This document shows, piece by piece, positions 1 through 9,415 of a stretch of 64,000 bases of DNA. Position 1 is the first letter of the stretch; each line of letters starts with the position of its first letter. The DNA lies in sequence record PZ379176.1; one strand, 5' to 3'. A program made the position numbers and the translations under genes. The notes beneath the pieces are model-generated. The model saw nothing but the letters and a program-made list of their open reading frames with translations, was not told the origin of the DNA and made no database searches. The DNA is from a phage.

Positions 1-145
1 TGGGTCGTCCGAATTTATTTCCCTTTTGAAACTTCCCATTGCTTGGGTTCATACCACGGCCTTCAAGTTCTTCCGTTACTCCGGGTAATCTTCCTGCAAT
101 CTCAGCTACCTGTGCAGGCGTGAGTTCTCCGTTTTCTCCAAACAT
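1..145 (-). CDS. hypothetical protein, N-terminal fragment (gene continues past left edge)
   Basis: Minus-strand ATG at 145..143 opens a frame running off position 1 (MFGENGELTPAQVAEIAGRL...); absent from ORF track because truncated. Confidence 0.35.
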   Translation of the reverse strand, partial: MFGENGELTPAQVAEIAGRLPGVTEELEGRGMNPSNGKFQKGNKFGRP

Positions 146-201
146 TTTATACTCCTTCTACATTATCAACAACACAAAAAGCCTCCCAAGGGAGGCAAAC
201 A

Positions 202-834
202 TTACTTACAATTACTGACGGACAGGTTAAACATCTTACCTAAAGTAACTATCTCACCCTCCCACGGAAGTTCTACACCCTTCTCTTCCTCTAAAAGAAT
301 AGAGCCGTCGACCAAAAATTTTTCGTAGTCTCGCAGTGCGTCGTCTACTAACTCACTCTTGTGAATCCACGTAATTGTTTCTGTACCATCTTCTTCGATT
401 CGAACATCACGATGCCATTCGTCTTTAGAGGTAATGTAATCATGGAGCATTTCATATTCAGCTTCTTCAATCATCTCAATCATTGCACGAGCATAGTCAG
501 GGAGGTGATCATGTTTAGTAGATTCGTATTCAACTACTTCCAGAGTAGATGGTTGTGTTTTAGTTTTAGAATTAGGGCGAGTAGTATGAATCAAATCTAA
601 CATGTTTTTGTTCTCCGTAATATTTGGTTTAAGAATACTTCCACTATACAAATCTTGTACAGCCAATCCTGAGATGTTTCCCATAGTTTCTAAATGTTGT
701 AAGCTACAGCCAGAACGACACAGCTGTGAATTGTAATCGTTAAGGTCCATTGCTTTAGTGTGGAAAGGAGAACCAGAAGGGAAACTACCTCCATAAACAC
801 CTTCCATGTTAACTGCGATTATTTGATTATTCAT
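202..834 (-). CDS. hypothetical protein (210 aa, acidic)
   Basis: ORF track; long open frame; no recognisable motif. Confidence 0.5.
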   Translation of the reverse strand: MNNQIIAVNMEGVYGGSFPSGSPFHTKAMDLNDYNSQLCRSGCSLQHLETMGNISGLAVQDLYSGSILKPNITENKNMLDLIHTTRPNSKTKTQPSTLEVVEYESTKHDHLPDYARAMIEMIEEAEYEMLHDYITSKDEWHRDVRIEEDGTETITWIHKSELVDDALRDYEKFLVDGSILLEEEKGVELPWEGEIVTLGKMFNLSVSNCK

Positions 835-1081
835 CTGTCTCTCCCTTGCTGTAATCTTTATACGTTTCTACTTTGTAAGTGCGGAATGCTCTGAAGAAGA
901 GCCAACCTAAGCTACTCACATCAATTGTAATATCGAAATCTGTTTCATCATCTAAATCAACAAGACGCCCTAGGCACGTAGCTTCCATCCCATCTTCAGA
1001 GTCACTGTTGATTACGAAAGCATATGTCTCCGTTCTGAACCGAGGCACTATCTCTGATAAAAAGTCTAATACTAAATTCAT
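827..1081 (-). CDS. hypothetical protein (84 aa)
   Basis: ORF track; overlaps start of upstream gene by 8 nt, suggesting coupling. Confidence 0.4.
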   Translation of the reverse strand: MNLVLDFLSEIVPRFRTETYAFVINSDSEDGMEATCLGRLVDLDDETDFDITIDVSSLGWLFFRAFRTYKVETYKDYSKGETDE

Positions 1082-2246
1082 AATACTTCTCCTCTGAATA
1101 AGAGTATAAAGGGCACATCATAAGACCTACCCGTAAAGGCCACCCCACATTAACACCCGTGAGAGTACCTGTATTCATTTTCGTAGTCTTCTTCAGAGAA
1201 GCTACCGTATTCATCTTCTGTCATACATCCCTCTGATAAAGTTAAGACATAAAGGGGACTTCACATTAAGGCACTATCATGTTAAGGCCATGTCATTAGT
1301 CATACTTGATACATCTTGCTATAGAGAAGCAGATGAATAAACAGAAGACTATTACTAACCAGAATACCCATTCCATCAAGGCCTATCCACCCACGTACTG
1401 AATCTCAACTTACCACATCCCTTACACTTCCATGTTGATAGGTACAAACCATGTATTCTTTCATCCCCGTAAGCTTTACGAAGAAGATAGTAATTGTGCT
1501 TACACTTCATCCGTCTAAATACTTTAATTAGATTCATTCCATCTCCACATACTTATATATAAGAGTTTAAAATTCTGATTTGACCGAGTGGGGCTAGCCG
1601 CTCGCCGCGCGTTTCCTAAAAAGGGGAGTCCTCATTTAAAAAAGGGTTATTGGCAATGCCTTTACACCTCCTTCCACGTTCCAGCGTTTCCCCGTGCCTA
1701 CTCCCCGTTATTCTTTCCCCGTGTATACCATCCTATTCATTAGCTACCCGTTTATTTAGTTCCCCTTTACTGAGTGAGAGAAAGGCTAGCACTGTATAAA
1801 CTAGTACAGGCACTACCATAAGAGGCTAATAATACCCATAAGTAATAGCCCACATCCCCCATAGTTTGAATGTAAATAGTTTCAATAGTAATGATTATGA
1901 GTGCAATAATGATATATGTATTAATTAAGTGGATGATTGTAATTCTTTTAATAATTGCTTTTATTCTTTTCTTTTTTCAGCGTGCCTTTGTGAGCGTAGC
2001 GAACGTCTTTGATGTTTGAGTTATACAATTATTTAAGTGGTATATTACTACCGCACTATCTGCCTATGTTTCCCCGTGGTCTGTTCTGCGGTTGTTGTAT
2101 CCCCGTTTGTCCTGATCTGTTGGTCTGTTACCCGTAGTGTTATAAAGTAACAATAAGAAGTAAGCTGATTCTCTGAGTATGGAAAGTTTAGTAAATTAAA
2201 TCCCTTTAGTTTTCAGTGAGTTATAGGAAAGTTAGAAAATAAATGG

Positions 2247-2274
2247 TTGACAGCCTTTTCCTTTATTATATAGT
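2247..2274 (+). promoter_or_regulatory. sigma70-like promoter (TTGACA-N16-TATAGT)
   Basis: TTGACA at 2247-2252 and TATAGT at 2269-2274, about 45 nt upstream of the first plus-strand gene. Confidence 0.6.
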
Positions 2275-2318
2275 TGCGATTGTAGTTTGTAGTTTTCATC
2301 AACCATAAGGAATATCAA

Positions 2319-3191
2319 ATGTCTAAAGTAGCGATTAACCACTTGAACAAAGCAAACGAAAGCCTTTCCTCTTTAGGCTTAACCGTTGGTAGTCCTGATG
2401 CGTGGATGGAAAACGAAAGTGCACGTAAAGGATTCAAAAACTCTGTAATGCTGGCTTGCTTGATCATTAACTCTACTGCGAACGCTTTACAGTGTGAAGA
2501 TGAAAGCACGTTCAAAGAGAACGGTTTTACCGATATGCAGGACGCTATTAATTGCTACATTCAAGCAAATTTAGATAGCTGGAATCAGAAGGATTGGCCT
2601 GAGTCATGCCGCGATGTGAAAGCTGAATTATCCCGCTTGTCTGTCATGGTTGAAGCATGGAATAAGAAAAACAAGAAACAGCCAATCAAGCCTACCGTTG
2701 CAAGTAAGATTATGAAGTCTGTTAATCTGGCAAGTTATGCACTGGTTGCAGCGATCGGTGTTAGTGCACTGGTCACATCTCTTTCTGATAAAGCTATCGC
2801 TAGTTCTACTCCTGCAACTGATGCCGCTAGTGTCTTCTCTAGTTCCATCAATAAGGGTTGGATGATTTGCAACGGTGCGGATAGTGATGGAAGTACTATT
2901 GTATTAAAAATGAAGTTTAGCAACGTAACTAATGATGGCGTTCTCTTTCAGTCTAAGACACTAGACAATCAGCCTAACAATGATCTAGTTCTCAAGCGCA
3001 CCGATAGTGACTCGGATATGGTTACATTTGGCACTGTACAACGTTACGAAGACGTTAAAGCTGTAACCAATCTAGTGAGTTATGGCCCGATCAATGAGTC
3101 GATGATTGCTACCACTGTTTACAATAACGCTAATAACGCTGTTTATACCGTTCACGTTAGTTTAGCCAACTGTATTAAGGCTAGTAAGTAA
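2319..3191 (+). CDS. hypothetical early protein with one internal hydrophobic helix
   Basis: ORF track; ATG preceded by AAGGAA; hydrophobic stretch LASYALVAAIGVSALVTSL. Confidence 0.6.
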   Translation: MSKVAINHLNKANESLSSLGLTVGSPDAWMENESARKGFKNSVMLACLIINSTANALQCEDESTFKENGFTDMQDAINCYIQANLDSWNQKDWPESCRDVKAELSRLSVMVEAWNKKNKKQPIKPTVASKIMKSVNLASYALVAAIGVSALVTSLSDKAIASSTPATDAASVFSSSINKGWMICNGADSDGSTIVLKMKFSNVTNDGVLFQSKTLDNQPNNDLVLKRTDSDSDMVTFGTVQRYEDVKAVTNLVSYGPINESMIATTVYNNANNAVYTVHVSLANCIKASK

Positions 3192-3216
3192 ATAACCTAT
3201 TTTCAGGAGTGTAAAA

Positions 3217-3483
3217 ATGGCTATCAAAGAAGTTAAGTTATCAAACGGCTTTTCTTGTTTTGTTGGTGGGCAATCTATCGAGTTTAATACACTTGATGGT
3301 CAGATAATCTTGCCTGTTATCACTTTTTGCAGGATGGAATATCAGCCTCTTAAAGATTGGCTAGCCTTTGCTGATTTCGAAATTACCCGCGATGATTTCA
3401 GATCAATCTATATTGACGGTGATTTGTCGCTGGCTAACCTGCTTAATCATGGTCTGATTGGGGATGATACCAATGGGAAATGA
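3217..3483 (+). CDS. hypothetical protein (88 aa)
   Basis: ORF track; SD-like AGGAG upstream. Confidence 0.5.
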   Translation: MAIKEVKLSNGFSCFVGGQSIEFNTLDGQIILPVITFCRMEYQPLKDWLAFADFEITRDDFRSIYIDGDLSLANLLNHGLIGDDTNGK

Positions 3484-3733
3484 AACTATTGCGTTAATTG
3501 ATACGCATAATTACGGTGGCGTTACATTGTCCTTTGATGAATCAGTCGACGCTGGTTATTTGTCTTTTCTTTCTAAAGGTGAGATACAAAACATACGCTT
3601 TCCTATTGTCTGTTTAGTGCAAGATTATCTAACTGTTGGGAAGTATTTAGCCCAACGCGGGATTCTCCTGTCGCTGGAAGAAGTGGAACAGATTAGCGTA
3701 GCATTTTTTGGCGAGAATAGCAACGATGAATAG
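3464..3733 (+). CDS. hypothetical protein
   Basis: ORF track frame; ATG at 3464 or 3473 overlapping previous stop. Confidence 0.45.
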   Translation: MIPMGNETIALIDTHNYGGVTLSFDESVDAGYLSFLSKGEIQNIRFPIVCLVQDYLTVGKYLAQRGILLSLEEVEQISVAFFGENSNDE

Positions 3734-3828
3734 TGATTATTTTTGGCGTTGCTTGTTTGGTGCGACCTTCCTGCTGTTCATTGCTGATATGCTGTATTCT
3801 TACATTCTCTAACTAAAGGTTTATTATC

Positions 3829-4194
3829 ATGGGTGTTATCAAGTTTGTAGTGAAAGTATTTGTAGGCTTCTTTCTGGTTGTTCTCCTGTTAGGTGTCCTG
3901 CTGTCATCTATGGGTAGCGTTAAGGCTGCAACATTCTCCCCTGATACGGTTGACGGTTTACAGTGTACCTATCTCGTAGAGAATTACGAAACTGGTAAAC
4001 AGTCACCTAAAGTTATTATTTTGCATGTAAATGATTTTGATCATGTGCAATCAGATAACAAAGCTATTCTGCTGGTAAATGAAACTACCGGTAAACAAAT
4101 CACGATAGATCACTTGATGCGCTCATCGTTGACGCTCTTTGATGAGTCCATGAATGAAATTGAGTCCGGTAATGGTCAATGTGTAAATCCATAG
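3829..4194 (+). CDS. predicted secreted or membrane protein (N-terminal hydrophobic signal-like segment)
   Basis: N-terminus MGVIKFVVKVFVGFFLVVLLLGVLLSSMGSVKA; SD AAAGG upstream. Confidence 0.55.
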   Translation: MGVIKFVVKVFVGFFLVVLLLGVLLSSMGSVKAATFSPDTVDGLQCTYLVENYETGKQSPKVIILHVNDFDHVQSDNKAILLVNETTGKQITIDHLMRSSLTLFDESMNEIESGNGQCVNP

Positions 4195-4470
4195 GCTTAA
4201 TCTTTCTCCTGTATTGTGCCGTAGTCATGCCTATGGTCATAATCTATCTGATGCTTTAAATCCTTCCTATAAGCCTCGCTATGAGGCTTTTTCTTTTCTA
4301 AGGTGATTGTATACCTTACTCCCTTTTAGCTCATTGTGATGCGTTATAGGCCGCTTGTTATCGCTTTACAAGCCTTTTCCTATGATGTATCACGTTCGCC
4401 CGCTCTTTTACCTTCCTATAGTGAAAAAGTTTAAAATATTTTGTTTTACCCTATTGCATCCCTCACTGAT

Positions 4471-4479
4471 TAATGTATA
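4471..4479 (+). promoter_or_regulatory. TAATGTATA motif (candidate phage-specific promoter element)
   Basis: Exact 9-mer also found upstream of genes at 36225, 42593 and on the minus strand at 52425-52433. Confidence 0.35.
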
Positions 4480-4579
4480 CTTCATTTCATCGGGTACGAT
4501 GTAAAACATACAAGGCAAGGAAACTTGCCCCGCTCTTTAAAAATCAGGCTAGAAAGTGAAAATATTCTTAAAAAGAGTA

Positions 4580-4608
4580 TTGACACCGAAAACAGCCTGA
4601 TATATAGT
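4580..4608 (+). promoter_or_regulatory. sigma70-like promoter (TTGACA-N17-TATAGT)
   Basis: Near-consensus -35 and -10 hexamers with 17-nt spacer, inside a 2-kb ORF-poor region. Confidence 0.6.
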
Positions 4609-5212
4609 GAGCATAGTCAGCGATGACTTAAAAAATCCCGCTCTTTAAAAATATGATTTGTCTTACGGGTGGCGGCGACGTCATTACTATAAGGCGCTCA
4701 GTTAATCGGTAGAATTGATTCCTGATTCATACGTGACGCAGGCGGACAATAAGCAATATCAATAAGCCTTATTTGTTCGATACTTTCAAAAGATTAATGC
4801 TTGAAAGCGCACTAGATTCCCTGAAAGACAAATCAGACTTATCATCTTGCCCTTTCGCATAGATTCACGCGAGATAAGGGAAAGGAATTAAAAGAAGATG
4901 ATAAAAAGAGTTGCAAACGTGGTTAAAGTAGTCCATACTAACCACAAGTTAGCAAAACATCGCTAACTAGTTCCCAAATCAACGTATCGCGGGAAAGGTG
5001 GCACATAGTGCAGCGATTAGTTCAGGTGTAGGCGGCCTGTTAATGAATCAGTAAGCCTTCAATGTGACAGTGATTAGCAGACACTTTAAAAGGCTAAACG
5101 CTCTTTAACAATATGAGTCATAAGTTAAGCCTCACCGCTTAATCTTCAATCAAATAAAGCTGATTGATATATCCTCCCAATAGCGGGAACGACGAAAAAG
5201 ATTAAAAAGCGG

Positions 5213-5241
5213 TTGACAGCGAAAACAACATGATTCATAAT
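5213..5241 (+). promoter_or_regulatory. sigma70-like promoter (TTGACA-N17-CATAAT)
   Basis: Near-consensus hexamers; spacer shares CGAAAAC with the 4580 promoter. Confidence 0.6.
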
Positions 5242-6162
5242 GAGCACTCACTAAGCAAATCATCGCTTCAGTGAAAAGCGTAACAACGGCTAACAGTTGC
5301 ATAGTGTGAGAAAGCACACTGATAGATTTACCGCTCTTTAATAATTTAAACATTCTCCTATATCGGTTGAATATGCTTGATGATAATAACCATCGGAAAG
5401 CATACCAGATAAAACGGCGTAAAACTCCCTAAATTATCAGGGTAAACAGTTTTACATTCCCTTACTGGAAACGTCACCATTGATAAACGGATTCATTGAG
5501 TACACGCAAAGACTTAAGCTAATCGCCCACGGTTAAGGGTAGCGGCGGTCATCGCTAACATGGTGCTACGGTGAAAGAAGTTAATCAGGGTAGGCAATCC
5601 CGACGAATTAACGCTCAATTGAGAGCGGCGGTGAATGGTTAAAAAGTGGCAAATTGCTATTTAACAATAAGGTTTAGTGTGAACGTTTACGATGTGAACG
5701 GCTTGAGATTCATCTTATGATGAAAGTACATAGTCGGTTTATGTAGTAAACTTGCCGAAAGATATAAAACGTCGGAACATTAGACGGTCAATGACTCTTT
5801 CGCAATAGTATCCCGTAGTGGGCGATGACTAGCGATTGAGAGTTGATATAAAAGGATAGGCGAGAGCGAAAGCAAAGTAAACGATATTGCCGACGGTTAC
5901 AATAACGTAACTAATTAGAGTCGGACGCACTGCCTTATTGTGATGATTGATCATCGCTATCAGGTCGGCTTCGTTTATAGCGACTAATTAAAGATACCAG
6001 ATGAAACATCACGGATAAGGGGGCGGCAAGGTTAACTCCTGATAAGACCGCCCCGCTTACCTATAACTACTTACAATGAGTGGTTATAGTTAAGTCAATA
6101 GTGACTTGAATTGCTCATAGAGAGCGGGGCAATAGCGCCCTTACAATTGAAAGGTGAATATT

Positions 6163-7062
6163 ATGGCTAAAATCTTTACTCTGGTTAACGAATCTGGTTT
6201 TAATGCTCTGGCTAACAATATCCGTAGCAATAATGCAGCGATCAAACAAGATGTTTCTAACTTCCTGTTAGGTCATTTGCAGCACTTTCGTAGCAACGGT
6301 AAGAAGTTAGATGTATTGCAGGCGGCGGTTGACTTCCTGTTAACCGAACGTTTCCGCGATATGGATGTTATTGCCACCGCGATCACTTTCTTAACTCCTA
6401 TCAAGTTTAACACTGATGCGTCAAATGGTCGTAAGAAGTGGATTAATCTGGAAGGTGAAGCGAAAGCTAAAGAAGATGCGAAAGAAGCGCAAATTAAAGC
6501 CAAAATGGAGCAAAACCGTGCCCGCTGGTCAAACGCTTTCGAAAACTTTGCATTAGGTCGTGCAATTGAAGTGGATAATCCTAACTTCTACAAAGGTTGC
6601 AATGACAACGTGGCGGCACACCTGCAAATTCCGGCGAAAAACAAGGAAGATTTTAATCAGGATATTTACGCTTTGGTTGAACGCTTGAATGCAATCCGTA
6701 TTGAAGCCAAATTACTGGCTGATGAGCGCAACGGCGCAACCAGCGATAACACTATCGCCCTGAGTGAAGAAGTTGGGAAGGTTAAAAAGTCCTTTGATTC
6801 ACTCATCAAGAAAATCACGGCCTCGACGGTAGCGATCTCGGATGATTATCTGATGAACGCATCAAGCAAGGAATTAGAATCACTCGATTCATACGCTGAT
6901 GAAATGGAAAAGACTGTTGCAGCTATGCAGGAGAAGTTAGAAAGTCTGCGCGGTCGTATCTCTTCAACGGTTGCTACCCGTACCGAACAAGCGGCGAAAG
7001 CAGAAGAGGAAGAAGTATTGCGTAAAGCGGCTGAAATTATGGCGGCACGTCAGGCGGCATAA
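6163..7062 (+). CDS. hypothetical protein, coiled-coil rich (about 300 aa)
   Basis: ORF track frame; ATG at 6163 with SD AAAGGTGA. Confidence 0.6.
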   Translation: MAKIFTLVNESGFNALANNIRSNNAAIKQDVSNFLLGHLQHFRSNGKKLDVLQAAVDFLLTERFRDMDVIATAITFLTPIKFNTDASNGRKKWINLEGEAKAKEDAKEAQIKAKMEQNRARWSNAFENFALGRAIEVDNPNFYKGCNDNVAAHLQIPAKNKEDFNQDIYALVERLNAIRIEAKLLADERNGATSDNTIALSEEVGKVKKSFDSLIKKITASTVAISDDYLMNASSKELESLDSYADEMEKTVAAMQEKLESLRGRISSTVATRTEQAAKAEEEEVLRKAAEIMAARQAA

Positions 7063-7085
7063 GTAAGACAATTTGAATAAACATA

Positions 7086-7119
7086 AGGCGCTATCTTAAC
7101 GGGTAGCGCCTTTTCTTTT
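7086..7119 (+). terminator. rho-independent terminator
   Basis: Stem AGGCGCTA/TAGCGCCT followed by TTTCTTTT. Confidence 0.6.
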
Positions 7120-7167
7120 ATCAGTGCATTGATTCAGTGCATTAATCAAAGAATTTAATCAAAGGTG

Positions 7168-7392
7168 ATGATCATGTTAATTACGCATACCACGATTTAT
7201 AGGAATCTTGTCAACGGTCAACATTACCGCCTATCTAAAAAGTATGGCGTTGAATGTAAATGTGTTATTACCGGTGAATGGTATCCGTCACCAATGAAGA
7301 TTGAAACGCTGGAACGTGAAGCGATCAGTTATATTATCACGCAAGAAACAACGTTAGGCCGTATCTTAAGAAAGCTGGGATTGAGAAAATGA
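7168..7392 (+). CDS. hypothetical small protein
   Basis: ORF track; SD AAAGGTGA. Confidence 0.4.
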   Translation: MIMLITHTTIYRNLVNGQHYRLSKKYGVECKCVITGEWYPSPMKIETLEREAISYIITQETTLGRILRKLGLRK

Positions 7393-7613
7393 TATTCAGT
7401 AGTAATTTTGGCAAGTGTCCTATTTGTGAGAAACATCGCAGCACGGGAAACCATCGCAAATGTAGTAAGATATTACAGCGCCAACGTGATAACAAACATT
7501 GGGATACTGTACACACTAACCAGCGTAAAGAAGAAGTTAGGAAAATGGCTGTTAAAGCGTCATTTGCTCAATCAACCCGTATTGAACACATTCAAAGGTA
7601 TCAAGCATCATGA
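7389..7613 (+). CDS. hypothetical small protein with Cys/His cluster
   Basis: ORF track; CPICEKH...C; ATGA overlap with previous gene. Confidence 0.4.
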   Translation: MIFSSNFGKCPICEKHRSTGNHRKCSKILQRQRDNKHWDTVHTNQRKEEVRKMAVKASFAQSTRIEHIQRYQAS

Positions 7614-7819
7614 TCACTAACATTTCAGAGTTTAAGAAAGCTCCCTCTCGTCTGTTAGGCCGTCGTGTAGTGTATCTTTATAGCAATAAAGGTAAATGTA
7701 CAACCGGACGAATTACAACGGTGAGTAGTGCCAATAAGAAACTACTAAAATTATGTGTAACTATGGATGACGGTACAATCCTTCTACGTAGTTGGAAATC
7801 GTTTAGTTTACTTGATTAA
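7610..7819 (+). CDS. hypothetical small protein
   Basis: ORF track; start overlaps previous stop. Confidence 0.4.
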   Translation: MITNISEFKKAPSRLLGRRVVYLYSNKGKCTTGRITTVSSANKKLLKLCVTMDDGTILLRSWKSFSLLD

Positions 7820-7888
7820 GTTATTTGTTCAAGCCTATCGACTTGATGGGCTTGCCCGATATAACTTATCACTGGAAGGAATAAGATT

Positions 7889-8332
7889 GTGGCTAAATCT
7901 AAAATCAGCATGAAGGGCGGGCGTTGTTTTGCTATCTCTGAACTAGAGAAAGAGAAACCGAAGGCAACTAATCACGTTAGTAAGCGTAGTTTAAAACGCC
8001 GTGCTGCAAAGGCTGAGGCTGAATCCCATGTTCCTTCCAGTGTGGCAAAACGTGTAGGCCATCGTGTCCATCGTGCTGATGCGTTGTTGTTAGCTGATCA
8101 TAAACGTTCTTTGTTACAGAGCGGGGGCGCTAAAACAGAAGAAGAGAAGAAGTTAGAAATCTTCTGTAATGGTCGCACCCGTGGTAAACAGAAGTTTAAG
8201 GGTAGCACGAAAGACCCTCAGGCATTCCCTAAGACAAGCCAGTGTGCACCTGATGTTTTCTACGCAGATAGTAAACACAAGTGGGGCGTTGAGAAATACA
8301 TTGACCCCATCAAAGAGGCAAGGGTTAAGTAG
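7889..8332 (+). CDS. hypothetical basic protein (147 aa)
   Basis: ORF track; Lys/Arg-rich; GTG start. Confidence 0.45.
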   Translation: MAKSKISMKGGRCFAISELEKEKPKATNHVSKRSLKRRAAKAEAESHVPSSVAKRVGHRVHRADALLLADHKRSLLQSGGAKTEEEKKLEIFCNGRTRGKQKFKGSTKDPQAFPKTSQCAPDVFYADSKHKWGVEKYIDPIKEARVK

Positions 8333-8413
8333 TAGGAATATAGCCCCCTCTTTTAGTACTATGACGCTCTTTCTGTAGCGTCGTGCCCTCTCCCCATTTG
8401 AAGCTTCTGCATA

Positions 8414-8435
8414 GCCGCCTTTGGGCGGCTTTTTG
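8414..8435 (+). terminator. rho-independent terminator
   Basis: GCCGCC-TTTG-GGCGGC then TTTTT. Confidence 0.6.
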
Positions 8436-8442
8436 CGTTACC

Positions 8443-8466
8443 GCCTCCTTAATTGGAGGCTTTTTT
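8443..8466 (+). terminator. rho-independent terminator (second of tandem pair)
   Basis: GCCTCC-ttaatt-GGAGGC then TTTTTT. Confidence 0.6.
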
Positions 8467-8492
8467 GTATCTATTATATAGGAAACCATGAA

Positions 8493-9305
8493 ATGAAAGC
8501 ATTTGCATTGTCAGCTATTCTAGTTTTATCTGCCATTAGTGCCCCATCCTTTGCTCATTCTGACAAATGCTCACACTCTAAACAGTGTGAAGTCCAGCAG
8601 GGGCCGAAAGGTGATAAAGGAGAACAGGGTATTCAAGGCGAACAAGGTCCGAAAGGTGACAAGGGTGATCGCGGAGAGCAGGGCTTAAAAGGTGATACTG
8701 GATCGGCTGGCATCAATGGTAAAGATGGCATCAATGGTAAAGATGGCATTGATGGTAAAGATGGCATTGATGGTAAAGATGGCATCAATGGTAAAGATGG
8801 CATCAATGGTAAAGATGGCATTGATGGTAAAGATGGCATTGATGGTAAAGATGGCGCTCAAGGTGAAAAAGGTGATTCTGGTGCAGATGGTAAGAAAGGC
8901 GAAACTGGCCTAACTGGTGCAGCAGGTTTGAATGGCGTTGACGGATTAAATGGCAAAAATGGTAAAGATGCAGATATGTCTGCCGTTAATGCTAACGCCA
9001 AATCTATCAAAGCTCTGGAACAATCCACCAACAAACGTTTTGCTTCTTTGCAAAAACAAGTAGACCGTAACCGTGATCATGCCTCTGCTGGTATTTCTGG
9101 CGTGGCTGCAATGGCTAACATCCCGCAAGTAAGTCAAGGATCTGCTTTCTCTGTTGGTGCTGGGGTAGGTGCTTACGATGGTGAATCTGCTCTTGCTATT
9201 GGTGTTAGTGCTCGTTTCAATGAAAACGTAGTAACTAAAGCATCAGTGGCAATGACTTCAGAGAGTGACGCTGTTCTGGGCGCTGGTGTAAGTTACGAGT
9301 GGTAA
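8493..9305 (+). CDS. secreted collagen-like repeat protein with YadA-like C-terminal anchor
   Basis: Signal-like N-terminus MKAFALSAILVLSAISAPSFA; long Gly-X-Y tract (GPKGDKGEQG...GINGKDGIDGKDG...); C-terminus ends GAGVSYEW, resembling trimeric-autotransporter anchors. Confidence 0.7.
   Translation: MKAFALSAILVLSAISAPSFAHSDKCSHSKQCEVQQGPKGDKGEQGIQGEQGPKGDKGDRGEQGLKGDTGSAGINGKDGINGKDGIDGKDGIDGKDGINGKDGINGKDGIDGKDGIDGKDGAQGEKGDSGADGKKGETGLTGAAGLNGVDGLNGKNGKDADMSAVNANAKSIKALEQSTNKRFASLQKQVDRNRDHASAGISGVAAMANIPQVSQGSAFSVGAGVGAYDGESALAIGVSARFNENVVTKASVAMTSESDAVLGAGVSYEW
8709..8852 (+). repeat. eight tandem 18-nt repeats (GGCAT[C/T][A/G]ATGGTAAAGAT) inside the collagen-like gene
   Basis: Direct reading: units alternate ATCAAT and ATTGAT in pairs, encoding GINGKD/GIDGKD. 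Confidence 0.9.
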
Positions 9306-9311
9306 GATAGT

Positions 9312-9338
9312 GCCTCTCCCGAAAGGGAGGGGTGTTTC
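9312..9338 (+). terminator. rho-independent terminator
   Basis: CCTCTCCC-gaaa-GGGAGGGG then TGTTTCT. Confidence 0.55.
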
Positions 9339-9415
9339 TATAAGCATCTTTTCGAGGGTGTTTATTGAAACAACAAAACAGGAGGTAGCAAGTTCTGATA
9401 ACAACGGCACAGCTA

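Noticed and set aside
1002-1214. 70-aa minus-strand ORF overlapping the 827-1081 gene
   Set aside because: Overlaps a better-supported ORF in another frame and lacks an SD; probably not a gene.
8709-8852. Possible CRISPR-like array
   Set aside because: Repeats are contiguous 18-nt units with no spacers and lie inside a coding sequence.
8633-8913. ORFs on both strands reading through the collagen repeat (MPSLP... and MVKMA... repeats)
   Set aside because: Artefacts of the 18-nt tandem repeat being open in several frames; the Gly-X-Y frame with signal peptide and anchor is the coherent one.
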